From the NCBI RefSeq assembly GCF_964355755.1, contig NC_092671.1:34420304-34484303 (forward strand): a DNA stretch of 64,000 bases. The letters are read 5' to 3'. The position numbers and the translations under genes were made by a program. The stretch is from Antedon mediterranea (taxonomy: Eukaryota > Animalia > Echinodermata). This document shows, in pieces, positions 38,709 through 51,700 of the stretch. The notes beneath the pieces are model-generated. The model did no database searches. It was not told the origin of the DNA and saw only the letters and a program-made list of their open reading frames with translations. Positions within the stretch are counted from its first letter, which is position 1, and every line of letters begins with the position of its first letter.

Positions 38709-39361
38709 ATATTTACATCTGTCAATACATTTTAAATGAATGACAATAAATCCTTACATATTGTAATGTATACTTTTTGTTTTACTTTTTTTTATTCAAA
38801 TTTCGTTATTTTTCTATTATATTTTCAACATTTTTATTTTTTGACATAACTGGTTACTATGGCTCTATAAGAGATTAATAACACAATGTTATTTCTTTTA
38901 ATTAATGATGTTTCGATCTTTGTCTCCTGTGTATATTCATTGTATTTTATCTGTAATTGTTGTTGTAATGCTGAAATAAATTGAATGTGCATATATATAG
39001 TATTTACCGCATAATTGAATTTTGAATTAAGGAAGTCAATATATTTTTTTCATTTTTCGAATTGACATGCTCAGAATCACATAATCTGTTCTGCGCATGT
39101 TACCTCAATACTAAGAAAGTCAATATTTTGGTTATTTCATTTAATCCCTGTACTATATTAAAAAAAAATTGGAAAAATTTTCAAAAAATGTACAAATAAT
39201 TTTTATTATCTGTTCTGTACATTTTACCTCAATACATAATTATCGTATTTATTCAAATAAACGCCCACATAGAACATAATTTTGAATAATAACGCCCGGT
39301 CCGGGGCCTTTATTTTATTTCCTGGAATAAACGCCCCACCCCATACATTGAAATAAATATA

Positions 39362-40587
39362 AACTAGATTTGAACTCGTCACTACGGACGAGTTAGGTTA
39401 TCCGCAGTGCAAAAGCCACGTGCACGTCATACGTTAGAATAGTGCGCGCAAAAAAATAAAACGATTATGGCATTGAAAAATGTTAGTGCGCTCTCTATGT
39501 TGCGTCGCGTCTAAGTATATACGGTATAACACTATATACTGTATACGTACTACATACAGTGCAGAATAGGTGAAAATAAGTGACCAAAGTTATTGACGCA
39601 TTTGAACATGATGACGTCATCACAATTTTTAAAATGGTGGATCATGCGAAAGGTAATTGATTGATCTAGACAATATAAAATAATTGAGTGAAATGGAATA
39701 AGGATAAGTAGAGATGCGCTCTATTAAATTGACGAGCTATGACGAAAGAGAAAAAAATCCTATATTTTATATTCGGGTGGCCATACGATGACGTCACAAT
39801 GTCTGGTTAGCCATATCAATGCATGATTCGAGAAAAACAACTATCTACTTCCAGAATCTGAAATTTTAAATATTTTCACCTCGGAGTTTAGAATCTATGA
39901 CTTTTTAAAAAAAGGCATAATTTTCACAAATTTTTGAACTTTTTCATCAAAAACGCGCGCAAATTGTTCAATTCTACGTGCTCGTATGACGTGATTTTAA
40001 GTCGAAATTGATTGAAAATTGGTAAATGTACTAGAAAAGGCTGAAAAAACAAAAATCAAGCAAAAAAAAGATGTTTTTGCGCTACGTGCGCACGCGCGCG
40101 TGAAAAAGATGCGCACGCGTGGGAATTTTTGAAATGCTCAAAATGACCTGAAACGCGTAGAAAGTTGATTAGAAATGAATTTTTCGCAATTTGAAATTTT
40201 AAACGCGCGTGCGCGCGTAACTTTATGTCAAACATGCCATTTTTAATCCATAGAAAGTTTGCCCTTGATATGACTTAAATGTTCACCAAGTGTCATTACA
40301 AAATGACTTTTGCTTTTTAGTCTATGTTAAATACGCGAAATTCATAAAATCGCGCGTAGCTTACGCTGCGCGACTCTAAAGTAAAAAAACGAGCTGTCCT
40401 GCACTTCTACACATAGAGGTAAATCTTCTGACAAAGTTATACGATGTAATGTTGATCAGAATTTGAGATACACGTGACACAAAATTTTGGGAAAGAAAGA
40501 AGAATAACATAGAAAAAAAAAAAAAAAAAAAAAAAAAAAGATCCTGACAATAACAAGAGGTTATCCGCCAAGTGCGGATAACCAATA
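39362..40587 (-). mobile_element. Non-autonomous Helentron (HINE/DINE-1-like)
   Basis: Minus strand reads: 5' subTIR GGTTATCCGCA (40573-83), adjacent inverted copy (40559-68), poly-T tract, 3' subTIR TGCGGATAACC (39396-406), stem-loop AACTCGTC-N6-GACGAGTT (39373-94), and a terminal CTAGTT. Confidence 0.8.
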
Positions 40588-40988
40588 ACAATATTAAATA
40601 CATTTCTATTTGTAGTATAATTCATTGATTAACATGATCTACAATTTACCAAAGCATTTTGGTACAATTTTTACTGCATGTTATCACTCGGTAGTAATAA
40701 CCAATAGATGCAATGATTATGTTTAAATACCGGTAACATAGTATAAAACTGACTCCAAAAAACGAGAGGCAAGCCATGATTCAACATTTTGATCTTTATT
40801 TGATCATAATCTGGAATGATGATCAAAGATCGATATTAATTGCGTTGTATTTTTTCAAATCTATGGGGTATTTATTTGTTACATATTACGCCAGAAAAAA
40901 AATCAAATAAATATGATAATTCAATATTTTGGGTAGTTTTAGAAAAAAATCCCTGTACCATAGTACAGAGACATTTTTGAACAATTAA

Positions 40989-41641
40989 GGGTATGTTCAG
41001 ACTCATGGAGTTACGGTGGAGTTATGTAAGCGGCGTACATATTTTTGTGTCTGAACCATGCCGCGGATTAGCGTTAGGGAGCTGTTACTCCGCGCCAGTG
41101 GCGTTAATAACTCTAGCGGGAGAGGGTAGATTTCATAACGCTAATCCAGTGATGCATCAGTGATTTTAACCTTAACCAATGAAAATACACGACCACTATT
41201 AGCAGACAGCAACTACATACCCGTACCCTATGATACGACAGCAAAATAGCTATGTCAAATGTATTTTCAGGTTCAGATTTTAAAGAACAGTAAAGTTGGC
41301 GTCAGTGATATGATATATTCATAAATTTAATCAATTAATCAGATAATTGTCCGTGTAACAATTACGTTTTAAATTATTTTGAATTAAAATGCAATTCTAC
41401 AAGTAGTAACAAATCAGTATATTTGAATAAACATTATATAAATAAAAAAAAACAAAAAAACAATGTATTGTCATGAATGTATACATATAGTTCTATCTGC
41501 TTTGACCTGATCAGAGTGTTTTAAACACAAGGCATTGGAATGTTGGTTGTTGTGTCTGAACACCTTGGCTTTTAACGCCACGGATTACCGTACGCCTTGC
41601 GTAGCTAACTCTACCGTAACTCCGTGAGTCTGAACATACCC
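40989..41641. mobile_element. PIF/Harbinger-type non-autonomous element
   Basis: ~35-bp TIRs GGGTATGTTCAGACTCA(T/C)GGAGTTACGGT..., with a TAA duplication at 40986-88 and 41642-44. Confidence 0.85.
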
Positions 41642-42166
41642 TAAAACACGCAAAATAACATATTTTCTCTGCATGTTCTCAATACATAATTAGTTAGTTG
41701 ATATTTCGGTAATTTTCCGAAAAAAAATCCCTGTATATAGCACTGAGAATTTTTCGCTAAAATTGACAAGTGCAGAATCACATACTGTAATCTGTTTTGC
41801 ACATGTTACCTCAATATATTATTCTATAAGTCGATATTTCGGTCAATTTTCGAAAGGGAATTTCTTGAAAAATGCCCAAAATATATATATTATAACAAAA
41901 CATTTGTTAGATAGTCCCCTTTATATTCATATTTATTTTAGGCAAGCCAAGGTTTATGAGCACTGTAATTTCCATTAATATTTTGGACAATAAATGAATC
42001 TGGTATCTGTATATAAAATTCCATTATAATGCGATAATATGGCTATAAATAAATTTCTTTTTTTTTTCTTTTTTTTTTTTTGGTTGTTCTAAAATAAATT
42101 TTATTTACTGTAATACATTCCACAACCAGATGAAATTCTTCCAAAATATGGCTATATATGTGAATA

Positions 42167-43014
42167 CCGTAAAACCTTGAAAAACAGCCCATGGGCTTCT
42201 TCTTCTTTTAGTGCTCTTGGGTGGGCTTCTTTTCGAGAGTACTTTTGCAAGCTGTAGCGGGGGGCTTCTTTTCGAAATGAATGCTGTAAATTTTTTGAAT
42301 TTCTACTACAATAATATCACTTTTCATCTAGAATTAAAGGACACCATGTTTTTCAGTACAATTACGAAATAAACGAAGAAATGATATTTAAATTGGAACC
42401 CGAAAAACATGAAAATTCTAGCCAGAAATGCAATCAATGTATGTTCGTTGAATGGTGTAGATGTTGGACATGTTCCTGAATGTTTGGCTCAGATAATAGC
42501 TCCGCTGATGAAAGATAGGACACTAGTGCAGCTTAAAGCCAAGATAACTGGAATGGAACAAACGGCCCCAGAAGGAAAATGGGTACTTGGTGGTGGAGGT
42601 GTGGAAATTCCCTGCCGATTTTACATATTTGCCAACAAAGCAGACAAGAAAAAGATACAAGATGCGATCAAAGCACCATTTGGATGACAATAATAAACAC
42701 AATCATACATATTAATTATTATCATTAGTCTGCATCACAAGTATCTGGCATTAAATTATTATTATTAAGTAACTCTTAAGTAATCACGTGTTTGTATTGT
42801 TTATTTCTGTTCATTTGATGATCAGTTAATAAACCTACATTCTTAACATTATATAGTCTATATCGAAAAGAAGCCCATACTATCTTGAAAAGCATTTCGA
42901 GATGGGCTTCTTTTCGAGAGTGCGGTACTTTTGCAAACTGTAGAGGGGGCTTCTTTTCGAGATGGGCTTCTTTTCGAGGTTTAAGCCCATGGGCTTCTTT
43001 TCAAGGTTTTACTG
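42167..43014 (+). mobile_element. TA-flanked TIR element (Tc1/mariner-pogo type ends) carrying a HIRAN-like pseudo-ORF
   Basis: TIR C(C/A)GTAAAACCTTGAAAA..AGCCCATGGGCTT, TA duplication, and subterminal GGGCTTCTTTTCGA repeats. An extra solo right end lies at ~43478-43517. Confidence 0.8.
42321..42687 (+). pseudogene. HIRAN-like domain ORF, frameshifted
   Basis: SRIKGHHVF...FKLEPE in one frame continues after a frameshift as RNAINV...VGHVP...LAQIIAPLM...KITG...GGGVEIPC, the pattern of HIRAN domains (N..D.NA(I/V).V...(I/V)G(H/Y)(V/I)P). Confidence 0.6.
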
Positions 43015-45339
43015 TATATTGCTTTGTATCACCTTAATAGAGCCATATTCAAAAAATAAAAAGGTCAATATTTAGGCAATTTTCGAAAAAATCCCTGTAC
43101 TATATTACAGGCATTTTTATCGAAAAATTCCTAAAATATCGACTTTTTAAATTCCATTATAATGCGATAATATGGCTATATATGTACATATATTGCTTTG
43201 TATCATCTTATAGAGCCATATTGACCATTTTTTTCGAAAAATGAAAAGGTCGAAATTTAGCAATTTTTTGAAAAAATTCCCTTTACAGGGATTTTTGTGA
43301 AAAATGCCCAAAATATTGACCTTTTAAAATTCCATTATTATGCGATAATATGGCTATATATGTGCATATATATGTGCTAAATATTGACTTTTTTTTCGTC
43401 AAAACTGGTTAATATGGCTCTATAAGCCTTTTTTTCGTCAAAACTGGTTAATATGGCTCTATAACCTCTATATATATGAGGTTTAAGCCCATGGGCTTCT
43501 TTTCAAGGTTTTACGGTATATTGCTTTTTATCACCTTATAGAGCCACATTCGAAAAAAAAAAGGTCAATATTTAGTCAATTTTGGAAAAAATCCCTGTAC
43601 AGAGAAATTTACAAACAAAATCAAATCAATTTCGAACAATTGACACGCGCAAAACCACAAAAATTACGTAACTGTCGCTGGTCATTGGTGAACACGACTT
43701 GCATTGCGTTACGTCCTAGTGGGAACCAAGCTTAACCGACAAAGTTCAATTTTGATCACGATTCCTTAAATTAAAATAGGCCTCTATAAATCCAGTCCAG
43801 TATCATATACAAATTCTGTGATAGAGCACTCTAGCCTAACCCTTAACCTTACCTTTCATGACTAAATATTGAATATACACTGACATAATATGATACTGGA
43901 GAAATATTGTACAGATACAATCGGCTGCTGATAATGACAACTTACACAATAGAATAATCGACTATAACAAGGTGTATCACACATGTAACATTTACTTTAG
44001 TTCGTATAGTAGCTTAAAGGTACAAAATGCATTACGGTATAATAGCTATCTACACAGAAGCACACGCAAAGAATAAAAATTAATGTGAGGTTATTGGTAC
44101 AGTTGACCAGTCGTGTGAATTAAGGTTTTCTATCAGCACGGTCGACCATGCATTTAAAACTAATATTGTCTATCAACACGGTTGATCGTGCTGATGTTAC
44201 TAATAATTGGTGTGTAGCGGATATCGACTCACAAGGAATTAGCACACAGTCGACTGTATCGATAGAAAATAATAAAAAAATCCACTTCGACATTACTGTT
44301 TCAAATACTTTTTATCTAATTTAATATAACATTAGATTATTAAATTGCTTTCAAATGTTCTACAGAATGAAAACACTAGGGGTCAATGAACTAGAAATAT
44401 CAAATACACGCATCGAAATGGGCATCAAATTTCATACTTATATTATTATTATTCAAACATTTTTTATAGTAGCATTTTTATTTGTCTGTAGGCCATAACA
44501 TAAAAATATTTTTCAACAAATGTTAACTGACTTCGAGAAGAAAGTGATGATTTTTGTCTTTGTGTTGAACTTATAAAGTTACAAAAAATGTAGGTAAATA
44601 ATACCTGGATACATTAAACTTTAAAAACAATTGGTAAAATGGACTAATTAAACAACGATGACAAATGATAATTTAATAATTACAATAAATTAAAAAGTAT
44701 AAAATTATCAATTACAGAAAAATATTGTTATCTACTTTATATATTTCTTAGAATATCACAAATAAATACAAAATGTAATTGTTATTATAATTTAAAAAAG
44801 GAAAATTAAAACATTTTAAAAACATTTAAAATCCTGCCAATAAAATTAATGAATTGGAATATATGTAATTATTTTATTGATTTATTCAATTAAATTGTTA
44901 AAAAGTGATATAAAAGTAAGTCAAAAGAGATAGAAAGAGATTCAGACGGTGGGTGTCGGAACTAGCAAAATAAAAAATGTCAATATTATAATTATTTTAA
45001 GAGGTCGTTTTACAATAATAATTTAAAAGGGTATTCCTAATATTAAACTGTAGATTTGATGAACTATGTTTTATAATATAAATATTTGCAATACTATTAC
45101 ATTTGATCATAAGCAGCTGGATTGTTCAAAATATTAATGGGTATTACGTCTGAAAAACAGCCAACTCTAGCTATTGTATCTAGACAATTACCATGATACA
45201 ATGAATAACAGGATAAAATGTCATAATTGATTAATAGTAGAATAACAACAATAACAGAATTATTTATTGCATTATAAATAATGCAATAAATAATTTGTAG
45301 AAGCATTAAGCAAGAATAGGGTACACAAACAATTGGTGT

Positions 45340-46522
45340 AGTGTAGGTACCATGAATGGTTTAGATACCATGAATGGTTTAGATACCATGCATGGTGTAG
45401 ATACCATGCATGGTGTATATGTACCATGAATGGTGTGTGTACCATGAATGGTGTATGTACCATGCATGGTTTAGATACCATGCATGGTGTATGTACCATG
45501 AATGGTGTGTTTACCATGAATGGTGTGTGTACCATGCATGGTGTATGTATCATGAATGGTTTAGATACCATGAATGGTTTAGATACCATGCATGGTGTAT
45601 GTACCATGAATGGTGTATATGTACCATGAATGGTGTGTGTACCATGAATGGTGTATATGTACCATGCATGGTTTAGATACCATGCATGGTTTAGATACCA
45701 TGCATGGTGTATGTACCATGAATGGTGTGTGCACCATGCATGGTGTATGTATCATGAATGGTGTAGGTACCATGAATGGTGTAGATACCATGCATGGTGT
45801 ATGTACCATGAATAGTGTAGATACCATGCATGGTGTATGTACCATGAATGGTGTGTGTACCATTAATGGTGTATGTAACATGAATGGTGTATGTATCATG
45901 GATGGTGTAGGTACCCTAAATGGTGTAGATATCATGAATGGTGTGTGTACCAAGAATGGTGTATGTACCATGAATGGTGTAGGTATCATGAATGGTGTAG
46001 ATACCATGCATGGTGTATGTACCATGAATGGTGTATATATCATGAATGGTGTAGGTACCATGAATGGTGTAGGTATCATGAATGGTGTAGATACCATGCA
46101 TGGTGTATGTACCATGAATGGTGTATATATCATGAATGGTGTGTGTACCAAGAATGGTGTATGTAACATGAATGGTGTATGTATCATGAATGTTGTATGT
46201 ACCATGAATGGTGTAGGTACCATGAATGGTGTAGATACCATGCATGGTGTATGTACCATGAATGGTGTATATATCATGAATGGTGTGTGTACCAAGAATG
46301 GTGTATGTAACATGAATGGTGTATGTATCATGAATGGTGTAGGTACCATGAATGGTGTAGGTACCATGCATGGTGTAGGTACCATGCATGGTGTAGGTAC
46401 CATGAATGGTGTATGTACTATGAATGGTGTAGGTACCATGCATGGTGTAGGTACCATGAATGGTGTATGTACAATGAATGGTGTAGGTACCATTAATGGT
46501 GTAGGTACCATGAATGGTGTAT
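45340..46522. repeat. 18-bp minisatellite (~65 units)
   Basis: Unit GTACCATG(A/C)ATGGTGTA(T/G) with a palindromic core ACCATGCATGGT. Confidence 0.95.
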
Positions 46523-48791
46523 CTATTTAAATTTGGCAGACCAATTACATAATATGCTAAATCAGCAACATCTGATAGAAGGTCTAGAAGTTTTGTTAAT
46601 GGTGGAAATACAATTTTGAAATTAAGGACATATAACACAGAAATCAAGAAGAGGGATACAGAGACAAACTAAACAAATTTAAATAATAATTTTTTTTTTT
46701 TAAATGAATCTAACTATAAAAAAGGATTTCTGGTGCATTTTCATTCTGCTATCATGGAAAAATAAACATAGCAAACAACTTTCAATAACTGCTGACCCGA
46801 TTAGCTAATAGTTTCTTTTTTGGTATAGAAAATATGAATACATATTGTGACATCATCATTGTTACTACAGACGAAATTACTAAACACAGAACTGACTAAT
46901 GGAAGCCTAAACACCGGGTTTCAAAATAGTACTGACAAATATCTTAATTACGAGCTACAGACTGACAAAGTGTGCTACAGTAAGTTGGATAATTTGCGAG
47001 TAGTTGAGCCTTGCTGTGAAATTTGTATAATAAGCCTATATGTGTGATTAATGGCTAGTGTTGCCCGAAAGCTCTGCTAATTTTTCTGGCGGTTTATCAT
47101 TTTGATTTAGCTTTTTGCTTATTTTATTTTGTATCTCCATTGAGATTTAGCCACCGATACCCACAGCATTATCATTTGTTCAGTAATTGCCTTTGAATTT
47201 ATATATTGTGTGTATATAATAGTTAGCAAATCCTCACGGAAAAAATATTAGGCACTTTTTTTTTCTATGAGGTTAAGGCAGAAATCATGAATAATTCATT
47301 AGGGCCCTGAGTTTGATGCTCATTAACATCATCCATGTTATCACTTTAATAGTTGAGATTATTTGGAGGGTTCAGTCATATTTAGGAAATAGGTCAGGTA
47401 TTTTTAAATTCTTTATCATAAAATCTAGGCTTGTAAGTTATTTATGATTTCTACCTTAACCTTCAATGCCCCACAACAGTTATAAAACTTGTCTATATAA
47501 TGTTATTTTAACAATGAGGGAGGAGAGGAGGAATTTGGGAATCTACATGTAGTTTGGTAATTTATAACTGCATAATATAATTAATTAAAACAATACGTCT
47601 TTTCTGTACATTTTCATCAATATTATTACATAATAAGTTTATCTATAGCAGTTAAAATTGTATCCCACGGTGTCTGTACATTATGTCAACAATGGCAAAA
47701 AAAATGTTTAAACAAACAACATACTTGGCTACAGCACGTACAATATGCAAAATATACGTAGTGCAGCATATAATACACAACCTATACACTTGTTTGTACA
47801 AACCCAATTAGCATTTCCAATTGCTTTTTTGCTACCAAATTCTTTCGGACACTGGTGCAAAACTGGACGATGATATGGACGACAATTTATATTACAGAAC
47901 ATTATTTTACAGCGCCAGAAAAAAAAAACTGGCAAGGAATTATATTTTTAACTTGGTTCCTTCCTAACTTGGTTTATTGCACATGGAGAACTAAAGCAAT
48001 AGCATTCTAATTATATTCATATTTTTAGTTATAACGTATTGTTCCCAACAACAGTTTTCAAACGTTTTTAGGAATTTACTAAACGGAGCCATGATTCAAA
48101 CATGTGAACAAATTTTCAAGGTATTACACAACACATTATCAGATGAGAGATGGCTCGCTGGCTGGTTCATACCTATGACTGTTTCCAACAACCTTTGATA
48201 CAGTAAGAGCCCTTCTTTTGTCAGGGGACAACCCTATTAAGGGGAGATTTTCATATTAAACCAACGAGGGACAATATTATGCTATTGTTGACCCCTATGG
48301 GGACAGCTTTGCGACTTAATAATGCCAGGGTGTCCCATAAATTGGGGTTAGCCATAGGATTAAAACATACAGTATTGTCCTTTGTTAGTTTTACTGCAAA
48401 AGTATCCCTTCCCATATGAGAGATTCTAATGTTTTAACACTACCGGTACCTCCCTATTCAAGGAACACCACCTTAATAGGGATGTCTACTGCATATAAAG
48501 TTGATAATACAACAGAGCACATGTACAAGCGCTATTAAATCATGGCCCTTGTTCAACAATTGGTTATCACAACAATAACCTTTATGTTGGAATTTAGTGT
48601 TGTGGCCTACAATAGCCAGCTACTAGACCTCCAACAACCACACGAAAGCTGTACAAGAAGACCATAACCAGGCTCTCCTCTCTAACCCTGCCTAAAACGA
48701 CACTGCCAATCCTCGAATCATCACAGAGCGATACGCAAGTATCTTGACTGCTTCCGTGAATACTGATGTATATCATCAAGTTTACGAGATG

Positions 48792-51700
48792 TCATGACAA
48801 GATGGCTGCCTTAAATCGTGGTGTAATTGCGTCAGCACTTTGAGAACGAGGGAGTTGTACGCCTATTTCTTGTAGTTTATCTTCGCATAATCTTGAAATT
48901 GCCTACAAAAACAACCAACAAATTTAATTATATATCAAAAATTTAAATAGACCTTGATTTTTTTCATAAACATTACTGTTAGTTTGTTTGTTGAAACTTC
49001 ATACCTCTAATTTCATGGCACGCTCTTTGGTTAATGATTCCACTGGAAAGTGCAGATCGTTTAATTCAGCCAAGGTTCGGAGGTCAAAGTAATACTTAGC
49101 GTACACACTCGATGGAACATTTATGTTAAATTGAAGTAGCTCTAAAAACTGCCTTTCTAGTTCATTCCTAAAAATAATAAAAGATATATTAGGTCACATT
49201 CAAGTTTAAAAAATCCTAGTTTATCATTTAAGAATTTCCATTATTTTTTGTTTCGCTGTGTAACCGTCATCCAATCAGGGGCTATGTCTAGGTAAGAGAC
49301 ACACATTTAAAAATGACACGGCAGCGGATATAGCATTTATATCCTTGTACACACAAACCAAATACAGGTCGCCTTTGTTGTTGATTGGTTACAGGGTAAA
49401 CATGTTGGAATGATCATATTGCCAAATCTTACGGTGGACCAAATACTGCATAATGTATGTGCTTGCATAAACACCTAAAAATTAATTTTCAAACTATTTT
49501 TGTATGGGCCTAGTTTTTAGCTTAGTTTTCAATCTATTTGAAAGTATGGAGGTACAGTATACAATAATACTGTTTTATCATTTATACTTCCATGGTGAAA
49601 GGGTATATTTATTTTCAATGATCAACACATCTACACTAACTAATTATTATGCATAAATAATAGATTATAAAACGTAAACAAAACGCTAGAGAGTACCAGC
49701 AATACTAAACAAACAAGAGCAGTGAAGTGTACGGAGTACTGTACGACCTACATTTACAGGGGGTTTCGTTAATGCCAAGCTGATCTTATATTGACTGCCC
49801 AACATATACATTTACTGATACAAAGAGGCCTAAATACAAACTTGAAGTGAAGAATAAAACAAATACACAAAACAACAATCAATTATTTCCCATTGTGCAA
49901 CCCTTGTGGTTTCCATAACAAAGTAATAGCATGGTTGTTAGTCCAACATAGTGATTACCGAAAGGGGCTGAAATAGACCAACAGCAGGGTAATGCGCTAC
50001 TCTTTCTGAAAGATTTATTTATTCCTTGCCTACAAACCAGATGTGTACACAGGACCTCTAGTTTCAAGTCTTTATCCCAAGACTCGACCACCAGTACTAT
50101 AGTATAGTATCATATACCGATATCATGACTGTGGTTTTTAATACAGTTTAAAATTCAATTTGTCATGGAAAGTCAGCCGTATGTTATGGCTGTAGTTTGC
50201 AGCACCCCAATCACTTGGCCACTCCACTTGATATGGTTGTCTTTGAAATTCAGTTTGTTTGTGAAAAGTCAAACATGTTTTTCTTCATTACACAAATAAC
50301 GGTACCAGCAAAATACACTAGACAGAATAACTTACATGTCTTCAACTGTTAATTCTTTAAGTATCTGACAATAGTCTACATTCCAGACAGCCTGGTCATC
50401 CCACACTTTTGACGCCAGAAGGATCGCTCCTAACACTGTCCGTTTCCAATTTGAAGGAATGATGTCGATTTCAGCATAAGTTAATAACCGTTCTATGTAC
50501 ACCTACGAAAAAATATTGTTTGGTTTTTAATCTGAATAAGAAATAAACAGAAATTTTTCAGCAAAAACATTTTTACCAATTTCCTTACGCCCTAATCTCC
50601 AAATTCTGGATCCGTCGCTCAAACACATACGTTTTACACTACCAAACTAAATAACAAACTATGGAAGGACCAGTACAATGTATTTTAGTGTGGATGTATA
50701 TTTATGTTTTTATAGTTTTTATGCAATAATTTTGATACAGTAAGAATTTAAAGATGTATTGTCCCTCTAAAAAAAATTGGATCGGAAAGAAAATGTATTT
50801 ACCTAAAAAACTATAGTCAAACTGCTTTTTGAATTTAACCATTTATTTTGTCAATTTATAAGTAAAATCATTTTTTTTGTCTACGGAAGTGATTAACTTT
50901 ATTAAAACTACAAAATAATCTATTAAAAGTCCGGATTTTATTAATCTTTATTTTTCATGTTTTTGGGTGACAATATTGTACATCTTTAACATATTGAACC
51001 ATAAATCCTGTAACAGTATCGCATTTATTTATTTAAATTTTAAATACGGTAGGAAACTGACAAATCACTCAATATTAATTAGGGATAATTAGGATGTTTG
51101 AGAGTAGAAGTCCTACAACAGCCATTACGTAAAGGTCGAAAGTAAGATAGTAGCAAATTTATAACAATTTTATAACATGACAAAAAAATTGAACCTATAA
51201 TTATAAAGTAATAAAGAATTAACATGTAACTTATTGACGATTATCATTGTATGGACAAAGGTTAATGTGAGAAGTGGATGATAAATGATAAGATAATATT
51301 TTAGATAACGTTTATAGACTGTTCAGTCATAGAATATAAATGCCTGGGGTCAAATTTATCCAAAACACTTAGAAAACCAAAATTTTATTTGTGTTTTCAG
51401 TTAATTTTCCGATTTTTTTGTCCCCATTTAGTTTCAAAATAGCTACAGTAGCAGAAAATGTCAAGACTAGTTAAGAATAGTTACTTTTGTAAATTCTCAT
51501 AGAATTAATTTCCAAAAAATGTTCTTACTTGATAGCAAGGTGGCAATTTTGTTTAGTTTGAAATATAGTAAAGCCTATTCTTAACATATTTATTTGAAAA
51601 AAAAAATGTATATGCTAGCCTTGGACTGCACACATGGTAAGGGAATGGTGAATAGAAGAGCTGGTAGTATTGTGAAGGATCTTTATATTTCATTTATCAT

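Noticed and set aside
45272-46647. Long ORFs (243-310 aa) with MNGVCT / MVHTPF / YTIHGT repeats
   Set aside because: They arise from the 18-bp minisatellite, are open on both strands, shift frame at 20-bp variant units and have no unique coding flanks or splice context.
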